Of a stretch of DNA of 64,000 nucleotides, positions 10,314-23,756 are shown piece after piece (the stretch's first letter is position 1; each line of letters opens with the position of its first letter). The stretch spans positions 608,001 through 672,000 of the forward strand of contig CAVZLN010000003.1 of assembly GCA_963776245.1 (NCBI GenBank), written 5' to 3'. This DNA comes from Candidatus Eiseniibacteriota bacterium (GTDB lineage: Bacteria > Eisenbacteria > RBG-16-71-46). Under the pieces are notes generated by a model that was given only the letters and a program-made list of their open reading frames with translations, did not search any database and was not told the DNA's origin. A program made the position numbers and the translations under genes.

Positions 10314-11696
10314 ATGGCCGTCCACCCCGTGCAGTCGGACGAGTCCACCAGGGTCTGGGAGCAAGTCCTCCTGTCCATGCGCGACAGGCTCGGAAGCCCT
10401 CAGGCATTCGAGACGTGGTTCAGGCCCATCGTGCCGCTCGAGATTGGCCCCGGATCGGTGGAACTCGAAGTCCCCAACGCCTTCTTCGTGGACTGGATCC
10501 ACGAACACCATCTACCCGTGCTGCGCCAGTGCCTGGCCGAGGCCCTCGGCGCGATACCCGAGATCCGCTTCACTCCGCGCGACCCGGCCGGCCGCGCGGA
10601 GCCGGCACCGGCGGGGCGGATCCCCGCCGCGCCGGTGCCGGCCGCCCGTCCGGCCCGGGCCTGGCTGGAGAGCCAGCTCAACCCCCGGCTCACCTTCGAC
10701 AGCTTCGTGGTCGGGAGCAGCAACCGCTTCACCCACGCCGCGTGTCTCGCGGTCGCGGGGGCCCCGGGGCAGGTCTACAACCCGCTGTTCATCTTCGGCG
10801 GCTCGGGTCTGGGCAAGACGCATCTGCTGCACGCCGTCGGCCACGCGGTGCGCCAGAAGCGGAGCGAGTCGCGCGTGTACTACGTGCCGGCGGAACGCTT
10901 CACGAACGAGATGATCTACGCGATCCAGCACGCCCAGACGCTGGCGTTCCGCAACAAGTACCGGAACGTGGACGTGCTGCTGATCGACGACATCCAGTTC
11001 CTGGCCGGGAAGGAGAGCACCCAGGAGGAGTTCTTCTACACCTTCAATGCGCTGCGGGACGCGCACAAGCAGGTCGTGGTCACGGCGGACAAGCCCCCCA
11101 AGGACATCCCGATGCTCGAGGAGCGGCTCACGTCGCGGTTCAACCAGGGCCTCGTGACCGACATCCAGCAGCCCGATCTCGAGACGCGGATCGCGATCCT
11201 GCGCAATCGCAGCGCGCAGGAGGGCGGCGGGGTGCGGCTGCCCGACGACGTCCTGCTGCTGATCGCGGACCGGATCCGGAACAACGTCCGCGACCTGGAG
11301 GGCTGTCTGGTGCGGCTCATCGCCGTGGCCTCGCTGACGCACCGCGAGATCACGACCGAGCTCGCCGACGAGGTGCTGCACCACTACGTCAATCCCGAGG
11401 CGGACCAACTCACGCCCGAGCGCATCCTCACCGCGGTCGCGGAGCGGTTCGGAGTGCGGGTGGACGTGATCTGCGGGGCGCGCCGCACGCGCACGGTGGC
11501 CCTGCCTCGGCAGGTCGCGATGTACCTGCTGCGCCAGCTCACCGAGCTCTCGCTGGTGGAGATCGGGCGCGTCTTCGGCGGTCGCGATCACACCACGGTG
11601 ATGTACGCGTGCGATCGTGTCGCCGAACTGGTCGCCCGTGATGACGGGTTCTCCGAACGCATCAACGGGCTCATCTCCGCACTCGCGTCCGGATAG
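10314..11696 (+). CDS. dnaA: Chromosomal replication initiator DnaA
   Basis: YNPLFIFGGSGLGKTHL, LLIDDIQF, TQEEFF, FGGRDHTTV; AAGGA RBS. Confidence 0.98.
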   Translation: MAVHPVQSDESTRVWEQVLLSMRDRLGSPQAFETWFRPIVPLEIGPGSVELEVPNAFFVDWIHEHHLPVLRQCLAEALGAIPEIRFTPRDPAGRAEPAPAGRIPAAPVPAARPARAWLESQLNPRLTFDSFVVGSSNRFTHAACLAVAGAPGQVYNPLFIFGGSGLGKTHLLHAVGHAVRQKRSESRVYYVPAERFTNEMIYAIQHAQTLAFRNKYRNVDVLLIDDIQFLAGKESTQEEFFYTFNALRDAHKQVVVTADKPPKDIPMLEERLTSRFNQGLVTDIQQPDLETRIAILRNRSAQEGGGVRLPDDVLLLIADRIRNNVRDLEGCLVRLIAVASLTHREITTELADEVLHHYVNPEADQLTPERILTAVAERFGVRVDVICGARRTRTVALPRQVAMYLLRQLTELSLVEIGRVFGGRDHTTVMYACDRVAELVARDDGFSERINGLISALASG

Positions 11697-11915
11697 TTGG
11701 TGGAGAGGCGGTGGAACGATGGGGAGAACGGAGGTGCTCCGATCCCGATTGTGGCCGGGATGTCGAGAACGCCCGATTTCTCCCCAGTCCGCTCCCACGG
11801 CTCATCCCCTTGTTCGCGAGCCTCTTGCAGGGAGTCGGACGAGGTTCTCAACGGGGCTCACCGTCCCTACGGTGACTAGGTTCTTTCTTATTGCAAAACA
11901 AGGGATTAGAACGCC
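11697..11915. other. Probable oriC unwinding region (dnaA-dnaN spacer)
   Basis: Degenerate DnaA boxes (TGGGGAGAA, TGTCGAGAA, TTCTCCCCA, TTCTCAACG), trio-like TACGGTGACTAG, then AT-rich TTCTTTCTTATTGCAAAACAA. Confidence 0.65.
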
Positions 11916-11936
11916 GTGAATCGGTCTTGAAGTCAC

Positions 11937-11965
11937 TTGCGCGTGGAGGGGTGCGCGCCTAATAT
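11937..11965 (+). promoter_or_regulatory. Putative dnaN promoter
   Basis: TTGCGC-N17-TAATAT. Confidence 0.5.
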
Positions 11966-12059
11966 GCCGGGCGATGCCACGAGTGCCCTCGTCATGAGTC
12001 CTCCGGCCGCCGGAACCGTAAACAGGACTTCGACTTCCCCCCAGTCAGGGAGCGATCAG

Positions 12060-13207
12060 ATGGATCTGACCATCCAGCAGGGCGACCTGGCCTTCGGTGT
12101 GGCCCGCGCGCTGGGTTCGGTTTCGACCAAGAGCCCCCTTCCGCTGCTGAGCTGCATCCTGCTCGAAGCCGAGAAGGGCGGACTGCGCATCACCGGGACC
12201 GACCTCGACGTGACCACGTCCGTGGTGGTGCCCTGCAGCGTCGCGTCGACCGGCAGGATCGCGGTGCAGGCGCGTCATTTCAACGATGTGGTGCGCAAGA
12301 TGCCGCGGGGAGCGCTCACGCTGGCGATCACCAGCGGCCAGTGCGAGATCCGCTACGGCGACGGCAAGGGCTGGTCGAGATTCCCGACCCAGGACCCCGC
12401 CGACTTCCCTCGCATCCCGGAACTCAAGGGCGAGGGCAAGGTGACGCTCGCCGGGGACGTGCTCTCCCGGCTCATCGCGCACAGCGTGTACGCCACCTCG
12501 ACGGAGGAGACCCGACCGCAGCTCAACGGCGTGTTGGTGCACGGCACTGACAAACAGGTCGCGTTCGTGGCGACCGACGGCCATCGCCTCGCGAAGGCGA
12601 CCCGCAAGGGCAGCTTCGCCGACCTCTCGAAGGACGGTGTCATCGTGCCGAGCCGCGCATTGCTCGCGGTGAGCCGTGTCGCCGAGGAAGCGACCAGCCC
12701 GGTCGAGATCGAGGTGGCCGGCTCGAAGAACCAGGCGGGCTTCACGGCCCAGGTGGGCGAGTACCGCGTGCAGATCCTGACGCGGCTGCTCGAAGGGCCG
12801 TACCCGAACTACGAGCAGGTGATCCCGAGCGACAATCCGAAGGAGCTCAAGGTGCGACGCGCGGACCTCATGGAGGCGGTGGACATCGTCTCGTCGCACG
12901 CGGACAACATCACGCAGCAGGTCCGCTTCTCGCTGCGCGACGGCAAGCTCGGCTGTCGTCGGCCACCGAGTTCGGCGCCGGCGAGCAGCCGATCGAGGCC
13001 GACTACGCCGGCGACGATATGGAGATCGGGTACAACGCGACCTACCTGCTGGACCTGCTCAAGTCGCTGGCGACGGAGCAGGTGATGTTCCGGCTCAAGA
13101 CCGCGCTCTCGGCCGGCGTGGTCGAACCCGTGGGCGCGCTGCCGCAGGCGGACGAGGAACTGCTCTGTCTCATCATGCCGTTGCGACTCCCGGACGCGGC
13201 GGGCTGA
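12060..13207 (+). CDS. dnaN: DNA polymerase III beta clamp (one apparent indel near 12955)
   Basis: TGTDLD, VATDGHRLA, RLLEGPYPNYEQVIP, then in another frame MEIGYNATYLLD...LIMPLRL. Confidence 0.95.
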
Positions 13208-13209
13208 GC

Positions 13210-13506
13210 ATGGAAGCGGTCTCCGACGCGCTCTCCCGCTTGTTGCGAGGGCTCGGATTGGAGCGGCAGCTGCTGGGCTGGCGGGCGGTCCAGGAGTGGC
13301 CGGGCTGGGTGGGGCCACGCATCGCCGGCCACTCGCGCGCCGTCGATTTCCGCGACGGCACGCTGTTCGTCGAGGTCGAGGGATCGGCCTGGATGCACGA
13401 ACTCGGGTTCCTGAAGCGCGAGATCGTGCGCGGGTGAACCAGCACCTCGGCGCCGAATGTCGTGACGCGATGTGCGCCTCATGATTCCCCGCGGAGGGAG
13501 CCTGCG

Positions 13507-13510
<4 letters not shown>
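13210..13510 (+). CDS. dciA: DUF721/DciA helicase-loading protein (frameshifted 3' end, end approximate)
   Basis: [16 protein letters not shown]...[16 protein letters not shown]; canonical position before gyrB. Confidence 0.75.
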
Positions 13511-16039
<2,529 letters not shown>

Positions 16040-16157
16040 GCCGCGTCGCGGCACGAGCCGCGCGGACCGGATTCTCGGGCGCGGACCGGTGGTCCGCGCT
16101 GCGGACCCAATGGCGAGCCGCGCCCGGCGACGGGCGGGGTGAAGGAGGACGGTGACG

Positions 16158-18670
16158 ATGGCACTGAACGACCGCTCGAAGATCGTCGAGATGAACATCG
16201 AAGACGAGATGAAGACCAGCTACATCAATTACTCGATGTCGGTCATCGTCTCGCGCGCGCTTCCCGACGTCCGCGACGGACTCAAGCCCTCGCAGCGCCG
16301 CATCCTGGTCGCCATGAACGACCTGAACCTGGCGCCGGGCCGCGGCTACCGCAAGTGCGCCAAGATCGCGGGCGACACGTCGGGCAACTACCACCCGCAC
16401 GGCGAGCAGGTCGTCTACCCGACGCTCGTGCGCCTGGCCCAGGACTGGGTGATGCGCTACCCGCTCGTGGACGGGCAGGGCAACTTCGGCTCGATCGACG
16501 GCGACGCGCCCGCGGCCATGCGCTACACCGAGGCCCGCCTGACGCCGCTCGCGATGGAGATGCTCGCCGACCTCGAGAAGAACACCGTCGACTTCCGCCC
16601 CAACTACGACGAGACGCGCGAGGAGCCGACGGTGCTCGCGGGCTGGTGCCGAACCTGCTCGTCAACGGCTGCTCGGGCATCGCCGTCGGCATGGCCACCG
16701 AGGTGCCGCCGCACAACCTGCGCGAGATCTGCGACGCGATCGCGACGTCATCGACCAGCCCGACTGCGACTCGGCCGACGTCGCTCGAGATCGTCCTGGG
16801 CCCCGACTTCCCGACCGGCGGCATCATCTACGGCACGCAGGGCATCCGCGACTGCTACCTGACCGGCCGCGGCCTCATGAAGATGCGCGCCCAGGTCCAG
16901 GTCGAGGAGGGCAAGGCCGGCCGCATGAGCCTGGTGGCCACCGAGATCCCGTTCCAGGTCAACAAGTCGGCGCTGCTCGAGAAGATCGCCGACCTGGTGC
17001 GCGAGGGCAAGGTCACCGGCATCAGCGACCTGCGCGACGAGTCCGACCGCGACGGCATGCGCATCGTCATCGAGCTCAAGAAGGACGCCAACCCGAAGGT
17101 CGTGCTCAACCAGCTGTTCGTGCACACGCCGCTGCAGAGCACGTTCGGCGCGATCATGCTGGCGCTGGTGGACAACCGTCCGCAGGTGCTGACGCTGCGG
17201 GCGCTCATCGACCAGTACGTCGCGCACCGCCGCATCGTGGTCCGGCGCCGCACCGAGTTCGACCTCGCCGAGGCCGAGCGCCGCGCCCACATCCTCGAGG
17301 GCCTCAAGATCGCGCTCGACCACCTCGACGCGGTCATCGCGCTGATCCGCGCGTCGAAGGACGTCGAGGGCGCCCGCCAGGGCCTGATGTCCCAGTTCAA
17401 GCTCAGCGAGATCCAGGCCACCGCCATCCTCGAGATGCGCCTGCAGCGGCTCACCGCGCTCGAGCGCACGAAGATCGAGGCGGAGTACCTCGAGGTCATC
17501 AAGCTCATCGAGCTGCTGCGATCGATCCTGGCGAGCGAGAAGAAGATGCTCGGCATCATCCAGGACGAGGTCCGCCGCCTGAAGGAGCGCTTCGGCGACG
17601 AGCGGCGCACCCAGATCGTCACCGAGGAAGGCGAGATCGGCTACGAGGACACCATCGAGCAGAAGGACATGGTGATCACGATCTCGCACGCCGGCTACAT
17701 CAAGCGTCAGGAGATCACGGCCTATCGCTCCCAGCGGCGCGGGGGCAAGGGCGTGATCGGGGCGCGGACCAAGGACGAGGACTTCATCGAGCACCTGTTC
17801 GTCGCCAACACGCACGCCTACCTGCTGTTCCTCACCGATCGCGGGCGCTGCTACTGGCTCAAGGTGCACGAGGTCGAACAGGCCGGACGCATGGCGCGCG
17901 GGCGACCGCTGGTCAATCATCTCGAGGGCCTGAGCCGCGAGGAGCGCGTGCAGGCGGTGGTGGCGGTGAAGGCGTTCGACGACCAGCACTACCTGGTGTG
18001 CGCCACCAAGAAGGGCCTGATCAAGAAGACGGTGCTCTCGGCCTACGGCAATCCGCGCAAGGGCGGCATCAACGCGGTGCTGCTCGAGGAGGGCGACGGA
18101 CTCATCGAGGCCATCCTCACCGACGGCACGCAGGACATCATCCTCGCCAAGAAGCAGGGCCTCGCGATCCGCTTCCACGAGAGCGAGGTGCGCGCGATGG
18201 GCCGTACGGCGTACGGCGTGAAGGCGGTGACCCTGGATGACGGCGAGGACGAGGTCGTCAGCATGGTGAGCGTGAAGCGCCAGGCCACGCTGCTCGCGGT
18301 CACCGAGCACGGCTACGGCAAGCGCAGCGAGATCTCCGACTACCGCGTCTCGCACCGCGGCGGCAAGGGCATCATCACGATCAAGACCACCGATCGGAAC
18401 GGCGACATCGTGGCGGTGAAGGAGGTCGTCGACGGCGACGAGCTCATGATCATGACCAAGGCGGGCCAGCTCATCCGCATGCCGGTGAAGGGCATCTCGG
18501 TGATGGGCCGCAACACGCAGGGCGTGCGGCTGGTGAACCTGCATCCCGAGGAAGGCCAACTGCTGCCCGACACCGTCGCCGGCGTCACGCGCGTGGTGTC
18601 GGAAGACGACGAGAGCGGCGGGGACGCGATCGCCGCTGAGCCAGAAGAAGGAGAGGCGGCCGAGACGTGA
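16158..18670 (+). CDS. gyrA: DNA gyrase subunit A (indels near 16640-16780)
   Basis: [28 protein letters not shown], GyrA-box QRRGGKG, beta-pinwheel repeats, acidic tail. Confidence 0.97.
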
Positions 18671-18764
18671 GGCGGCGGCGGCGGACGATCCCGACCGGGC
18701 TCACCCGCCGCCGCACCCCACCCGAGGGGCGGGGTTCGCCGACCGGTACCGGGCGCATGACCCC

Positions 18765-19412
18765 ATGATGCGCATCTCCGATTCGACCGTCCGCCGACTG
18801 TCGCATTACTACCGCGTGCTCGAGGAGCTCGAGGCCCAGGGCAAACGGGTGGTGTCGTCCCACCGGCTCGCCGAGCCCGAGGGCATCACCTCGGCGCAGG
18901 TGCGCAAGGACCTCTCGTACTTCGGCTCGTTCGGGCGCCGCGGGCTCGGCTACGACGTCACGCACCTGCGCACCGAGATCCGCTCCATCCTGGGCCTCGA
19001 CCGGCGCTGGCGGGTCGCGCTGGTGGGCGCCGGCCACATCGGCGCCGCGCTCGCGAACTATCGCGGCTTCGAGCACCAGGGCTTCGACATCGTCGCGGTG
19101 TTCGACGCCGATCCCGCGCTCGCCGGCCAGACGCTGGCGGGGCAGGTGGTGCGTCCGGCCTCGGAACTGGTCCCCGGGGAGCCGGGCGAGCGCTACGACA
19201 TCGGCGTCATCGCCACCCCGATGTCGGCGGCCCAGGACGTGGCCGACGCGCTGGTGGCGGCCGGCGTGCGCGCCATCCTCAATTTCGCGCCGCGCAAGCT
19301 CCAGGCTCCCGAGCACATCGTGGTCAGCGGTGTGGACATGACCATGGAGCTCGAGGGCCTGTCGTTCGCGCTCTCGCGCGAACGTCCGCCGCGCCGTCGC
19401 GGACGCGGATAG
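18765..19412 (+). CDS. rex: Redox-sensing repressor Rex
   Basis: TVRRLSHY, AQVRKDLSYFGSFGRRGLGY, GAGHIG, ILNFAP. Confidence 0.95.
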   Translation: MMRISDSTVRRLSHYYRVLEELEAQGKRVVSSHRLAEPEGITSAQVRKDLSYFGSFGRRGLGYDVTHLRTEIRSILGLDRRWRVALVGAGHIGAALANYRGFEHQGFDIVAVFDADPALAGQTLAGQVVRPASELVPGEPGERYDIGVIATPMSAAQDVADALVAAGVRAILNFAPRKLQAPEHIVVSGVDMTMELEGLSFALSRERPPRRRGRG

Positions 19413-19415
19413 CGA

Positions 19416-20336
19416 GTGCCCGCGCGCCCGTCGGAGCGCGCTGCCGCGCTCGCGATGGTGCTCGCCACCCTGCTGTGGGGCGCCACCTTCGTGGTGCTGC
19501 GCGACGTCCTGGTGCGCGTCTCTCCGTACGCGCTGGTGTTCACGCGCTTCGCCGTCGCCGCGGGGCTGCTCGCGCTGCTCCAGCTGGCGCGACGGCGGAT
19601 GCCAGCGCGCGGCGACCTGGCGGCCGGCGCGCTCACCGGCGTGCTCACGGCGGCGGGCTACCTCTTCCAGGCCATCGGACTGCGCACCGCCACCGCGGGG
19701 ACTTCGGCGTTCCTCACCTGCACGGGCACGCTGTTCGCCGCGCTGTTCGCGTGGCCGATCCTGCGCCAGCGGCCGGCGGGGACGCTCGCGCTCGGGCTCG
19801 TGATCGCGGCCGCGGGGTCGGCGCTGCTGTCGTTGGACGGGAGCCTCCGCATCGGCACGGGGGAGGCCTGGACCCTGCTCGGTGCGCTGGCGTTCGCGCT
19901 CCAGATCGTGGCGGTCGCGCGCGTCGCCCCGCGCGCCGACGCGGTGACGCTCGCCATGGCACAGGCGGCGGCGGTCGCGCTGCTGGTGTGGCCGTTCGCG
20001 GGCTTCCCGCGGCCGGCGCTGGCGCCGCTCGGCGGTGGCGACCTCGCGCGCCTCGGCTACCTCGTGCTGGCGGGCTCGATGGTCGCGCCCATGCTGCAGT
20101 TCGTCGCGCAGCGCGCGCTGCCGCCGGGTCGCATCGGGCTGTTGTTCGCGCTCGAGCCGGTGTTCGCGCTCGGGTTCGCGCTCGGCGCGGGCGGGGAGCG
20201 GTTCGTGCTCCAGTGGTGGGCCGGGGCCGCGCTCATCCTCGGCGCGGTGCTGCTGGTCGAAGGGCGCGCCGCGCGCGCCGGATCTGGGCCTCAGTCGCCC
20301 GCGGTCGCGGGGCCCGGCCGCGCGATGGCGAGATAG
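19416..20336 (+). CDS. EamA/DMT-family transporter
   Basis: LWGATFVV, FQAIGL, LEPVFA; about 10 TM segments. Confidence 0.85.
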   Translation: MPARPSERAAALAMVLATLLWGATFVVLRDVLVRVSPYALVFTRFAVAAGLLALLQLARRRMPARGDLAAGALTGVLTAAGYLFQAIGLRTATAGTSAFLTCTGTLFAALFAWPILRQRPAGTLALGLVIAAAGSALLSLDGSLRIGTGEAWTLLGALAFALQIVAVARVAPRADAVTLAMAQAAAVALLVWPFAGFPRPALAPLGGGDLARLGYLVLAGSMVAPMLQFVAQRALPPGRIGLLFALEPVFALGFALGAGGERFVLQWWAGAALILGAVLLVEGRAARAGSGPQSPAVAGPGRAMAR

Positions 20337-21031
20337 GCCCGCTCGAGCGCCGAAGGGCCGGGCTCGCACTCGCCCCACTCCCCGCGCTCGAGCGTGCGCG
20401 CCACGCGGCCGCGGTGCAGCACGATGACCCGCGCGCACAGCCGCTCGATGGTCTCGGTGACGTGGCTCGAGAACAGCACGGCGGTGCCCGCCGCGGCCAG
20501 CTCGCGAACTTCCTGCTTGGCCGCGAGCGCCGCCGAGGCATCGAATCCCTCGAGGGCCTCGTCGCACAGCAGCACGGCGGGGCGATGGAGCACCGCGGCG
20601 GCGAACGAGAGCTTCTTGCGCATGCCGTGCGAGAGGCGGCCCACCGGCTCGTCCGCGCGGTCCGCGAGCCCGAGCCCCTCCGCCAGCGCGCGCGCGCGCG
20701 CCGCGGCGTCGCGTGGTTCGAGATCGCGCACCGACGCGACGAAGGCGAGGTACTCGGCGGCTGAGAGCTCCTCGTAGAACGAGGGCTCCTCGGCCGCGTA
20801 TCCCAGCCGTCGCTTGGCCTCGAGGGGCCGGGACCAGAGGTCCGTTCCCTCCACGCGCACGGTGCCCGCGTCCGGCGGCTGAAGGCCCGCGGAGACCCGC
20901 AGCAGCGTGCTCTTGCCGGCGCCGTTCGCTCCCAGCAGTCCGACGATGGCGCCGGAGGCGACCGTGAAGGACACGCCGTCGAGCGCGCGCAGCGCACCGT
21001 AGGAGCGCACCAGGCCCTGGAGCTCCAGCAT
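20291..21031 (-). CDS. ABC transporter ATP-binding protein
   Basis: MLELQGLVRSYG, GANGAGKS, LSHGMRKK, LCDE; TGATG overlap with upstream gene. Confidence 0.9.
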   Translation of the reverse strand: MLELQGLVRSYGALRALDGVSFTVASGAIVGLLGANGAGKSTLLRVSAGLQPPDAGTVRVEGTDLWSRPLEAKRRLGYAAEEPSFYEELSAAEYLAFVASVRDLEPRDAAARARALAEGLGLADRADEPVGRLSHGMRKKLSFAAAVLHRPAVLLCDEALEGFDASAALAAKQEVRELAAAGTAVLFSSHVTETIERLCARVIVLHRGRVARTLERGEWGECEPGPSALERAYLAIARPGPATAGD

Positions 21032-22257
21032 CAGGCGACCTCCTCGATCCGCGACCAGCGTGGCAGACGGCGCGCGGAATGGAAGACCGCGGCGAGCAAC
21101 AGCACCCAGCCGGCGAGGGGGATCATCAGGCTCGCCGCGATCGCGAGACCGAGCGAGAGCGAGAGCAGCCGGCGGGCGAGATCGGCGCGCGGGAACAGCG
21201 TCACGCCGTAGTTCACGCCGAGCGCGGCGATCGCGCACGCCGCGGCGCCGATCCAGGTCACGAAGACCTGGAGCGCGGCCGGCGGCAGCACCCGCGCGAA
21301 GGCGGCGTGCGCGGCCAGCAGGGCGATGATGAAGGCGAGCGCCGACGCGAAGCGCGCGGCCCACAGCGAGCGGGCGCCGAGCGGCAGGACGCGCAGGGCC
21401 GAGAAGGGATCGCTGCCGGCCAGCGTGATCGACCATTCGGCGAGCGCCCCGGCAGCGAGGAGCGCGAGCGCGAACGCGAGCGCCCGCTGGGCCTCCGGGG
21501 GCCCGAGCGGCGACCACCACACCGCCACCGAGGCGATGCCGAACGCGAGCGGGGGGACCAGCCGGGAACGCGCCGCGGAGGGCGTGGAGGTGACCGCGAG
21601 GTCCTTGCGCAACAGCGCGAGCCAGACCGGCCCGCGGCGCCAGCGCGCGGCCGGTCGCCCTGCGCCGGCGTGCGCGCGCGCGGCGCGGGTGAGCACGCGG
21701 GTGAGCGGGTCGAGCCCGGGGCGCGGTCCGGCCGCGGTCGCGACGGCGCGGAAGGCGAGCCCGGCGGCGACCCGGCCACCGGCGGCCAGCGCCCCGGCGA
21801 ACGCGGTCGCGAGCAGCGCGAGCATCCAGGCTGGCGCGAGCCCCCACGCGGCGACGAGCACCGCGAGGGCGGGCGGCACGACGAGCCACCCGGGCGGTCG
21901 CGCCTCCCACGCGAGGTGGCTCGCCAGCTGCCGCGGCTCGAGCGGCAGCGCCAACCACTCGGGTCCCGCCGGTCCGCGGGCGAGCCGCGAGGCGTGGCGC
22001 GCGCCCACCGCGATGGCGCCGGCCAGCGCCAGCAGGCCAAGCGCCATCGCGAGAGCCGCGGCCACCCGCGGGGCGCCGCCCGCGTGCGCTCGAGCGGCGA
22101 GCATCACCCGCGCCTGCCAGAAGATGAATCCCGAGACCATCGCCGTGAGGGCGGCCAGCTCCAGCCGCAGCATGGGATCGACCCCGCGCAGGCGCCGCCG
22201 CCACAGGGCGCGCTGGAGGGTGGGGAAGGCGGGGCCGGGGTCGGTCGGATCGCTCAT
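21031..22257 (-). CDS. Putative ABC-2-type permease/membrane protein
   Basis: Multiple hydrophobic helices; translationally coupled to the ABC ATPase. Confidence 0.7.
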   Translation of the reverse strand: MSDPTDPGPAFPTLQRALWRRRLRGVDPMLRLELAALTAMVSGFIFWQARVMLAARAHAGGAPRVAAALAMALGLLALAGAIAVGARHASRLARGPAGPEWLALPLEPRQLASHLAWEARPPGWLVVPPALAVLVAAWGLAPAWMLALLATAFAGALAAGGRVAAGLAFRAVATAAGPRPGLDPLTRVLTRAARAHAGAGRPAARWRRGPVWLALLRKDLAVTSTPSAARSRLVPPLAFGIASVAVWWSPLGPPEAQRALAFALALLAAGALAEWSITLAGSDPFSALRVLPLGARSLWAARFASALAFIIALLAAHAAFARVLPPAALQVFVTWIGAAACAIAALGVNYGVTLFPRADLARRLLSLSLGLAIAASLMIPLAGWVLLLAAVFHSARRLPRWSRIEEVA

Positions 22258-22471
22258 GGTGCGCGCCGCGAGTGTAGCCGAGGCCGCGGGGCGCGCGCAT
22301 CCGCCTTTGCAGGTCCCGGCGCGCGTGGCACCATGCGTCCGCCATGTCGCTCCACGTTCACGCCATCCGGTCGCCCGCTGACGCGACCGCGCCCGGTCAC
22401 CGAAGCGCTCCGGGCGGGATCCTCCAGGCGGTCTGCATGGCTCCCGCGCAACGCGCGCGCTGGGGCGGGCG

Positions 22472-23425
22472 GTGATCCGCGCCTGGGTGGCGCTGGCGGG
22501 CGCGGTGCGGGAGGCCGGCGCCGACGAAGCCGCGCGGGTCGCCACCAGCGGCGCCGGACACGCGTGGATCGACATCGAGGGCGAGGGCGACGCGGTGACG
22601 CGCGGTCTGCTCGAGCCGCTCGGCGTGCACCCCCTCGCGATCGACGACATGATCGCCGAGGTCAACCGGCCCAAGGTCGACAACTATGGTTCCTACTGCT
22701 ACGTCGTGGTGCATTCGGCGCGCTGGGACCAGGACCGGCCGTACCTGCGGGAGCTCGACGTGCTGCTCGCGCCGCGCCTGCTGGTGACGTATCACGATGG
22801 GGCCACCCGCTCGGTGGACGCCGCGGCCGCGGCGCTGACGCGCCGGCCGGACCTGCTCGCGCGCGGGCCGGGGGCGCTGCTGCACTTCCTGCTCGACGTG
22901 CTGGCGGATGGATACCTGCCGATCATGGATCGCATCGGCGAGGAGATCGATGCGCTGCAGGAGCAGTTGTTCGAGAGCGCCAGCCGCGCGACGCAGCTCA
23001 AGATCGTCAATCTCAAGCGTGGCATGTCGGCGCTGCGGCGGGTGGTCGGCCCGCAGCGCGACACCGTGCTCGCGCTCACGCGCGACGAGCTGCCCGGACT
23101 GGGAGCGGACATCCGTCCGTACTACCGCGACGTCTTCGACCGGCTGGCGCGAGTGAACGACCTGCTGGATTCGTACCGCGAGGAAGCCGGCGTGCTGCTC
23201 GACCTGCGCCAGTCGATCGTGTCGAATCGTCTCAACGAGGTCATCAAGCGGCTCACGGTGATCGCCACCGTCGGATTGCCGCTCACCGTCATCACCAGCT
23301 ACTACGGGATGAACTTCGCGCTCCCGGAGTACGGCTGGAAGCACCCCCACTTCTACGTGGTGGGACTGCTGGCGTTGAGTGGCCTGCTGACGTGGATCTA
23401 CCTGCGGCGCCGGAGGTGGATGTAG
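22472..23425 (+). CDS. corA: CorA-family Mg/Co transporter
   Basis: HPLAIDD, RPKVD, YYRDVFD, YGMNF. Confidence 0.9.
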   Translation: MIRAWVALAGAVREAGADEAARVATSGAGHAWIDIEGEGDAVTRGLLEPLGVHPLAIDDMIAEVNRPKVDNYGSYCYVVVHSARWDQDRPYLRELDVLLAPRLLVTYHDGATRSVDAAAAALTRRPDLLARGPGALLHFLLDVLADGYLPIMDRIGEEIDALQEQLFESASRATQLKIVNLKRGMSALRRVVGPQRDTVLALTRDELPGLGADIRPYYRDVFDRLARVNDLLDSYREEAGVLLDLRQSIVSNRLNEVIKRLTVIATVGLPLTVITSYYGMNFALPEYGWKHPHFYVVGLLALSGLLTWIYLRRRRWM

Positions 23426-23438
23426 CGGCGGTCGATCA

Positions 23439-23661
23439 GGGAGGAGGGGGCCGTCCCTGCGATCCTCGGATCATCCCACCCAGGGCCAGTGGCTCGAGGT
23501 CGCGTGCAGCCCCGTCCCGCTCGACTCTCGCCCGCTTCGTCCGGCTCACCTCGCTCCGGATCGCCGTCCGACTCCTGGGTCCGAGCAGGCCTCGTGCAGC
23601 GAACGAGGCCCCGGGCCGGTTTGGAAGCCTCCCTGCCGAGGAGATCCCCCTACCCGGCTGC
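23439..23661 (-). ncRNA. Candidate rod-shaped ncRNA A (unknown family)
   Basis: TTGACA(23697-23692)-N18-CAGACT promoter; nested complementary segments from 5' to 3' end; sequence similarity to 36045-36305. Confidence 0.55.
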
Positions 23662-23756
23662 ATGAGCAGTCTGTGTCCGCTCGCGCGTGGCTGTCAAGCA
23701 CGAGCGTCGGCGCCCGGCACGGCGCGATGTGCCGCGCTCCGCCGCGAACGCCGGGC

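Noticed and set aside
23439..23661. SRP RNA, RNase P RNA or cobalamin riboswitch
   Set aside because: No UCAGG-N-GNRA-N-AGCAG, no GAGGAAAGUCC; only an isolated GCCACUG and no downstream gene on that strand
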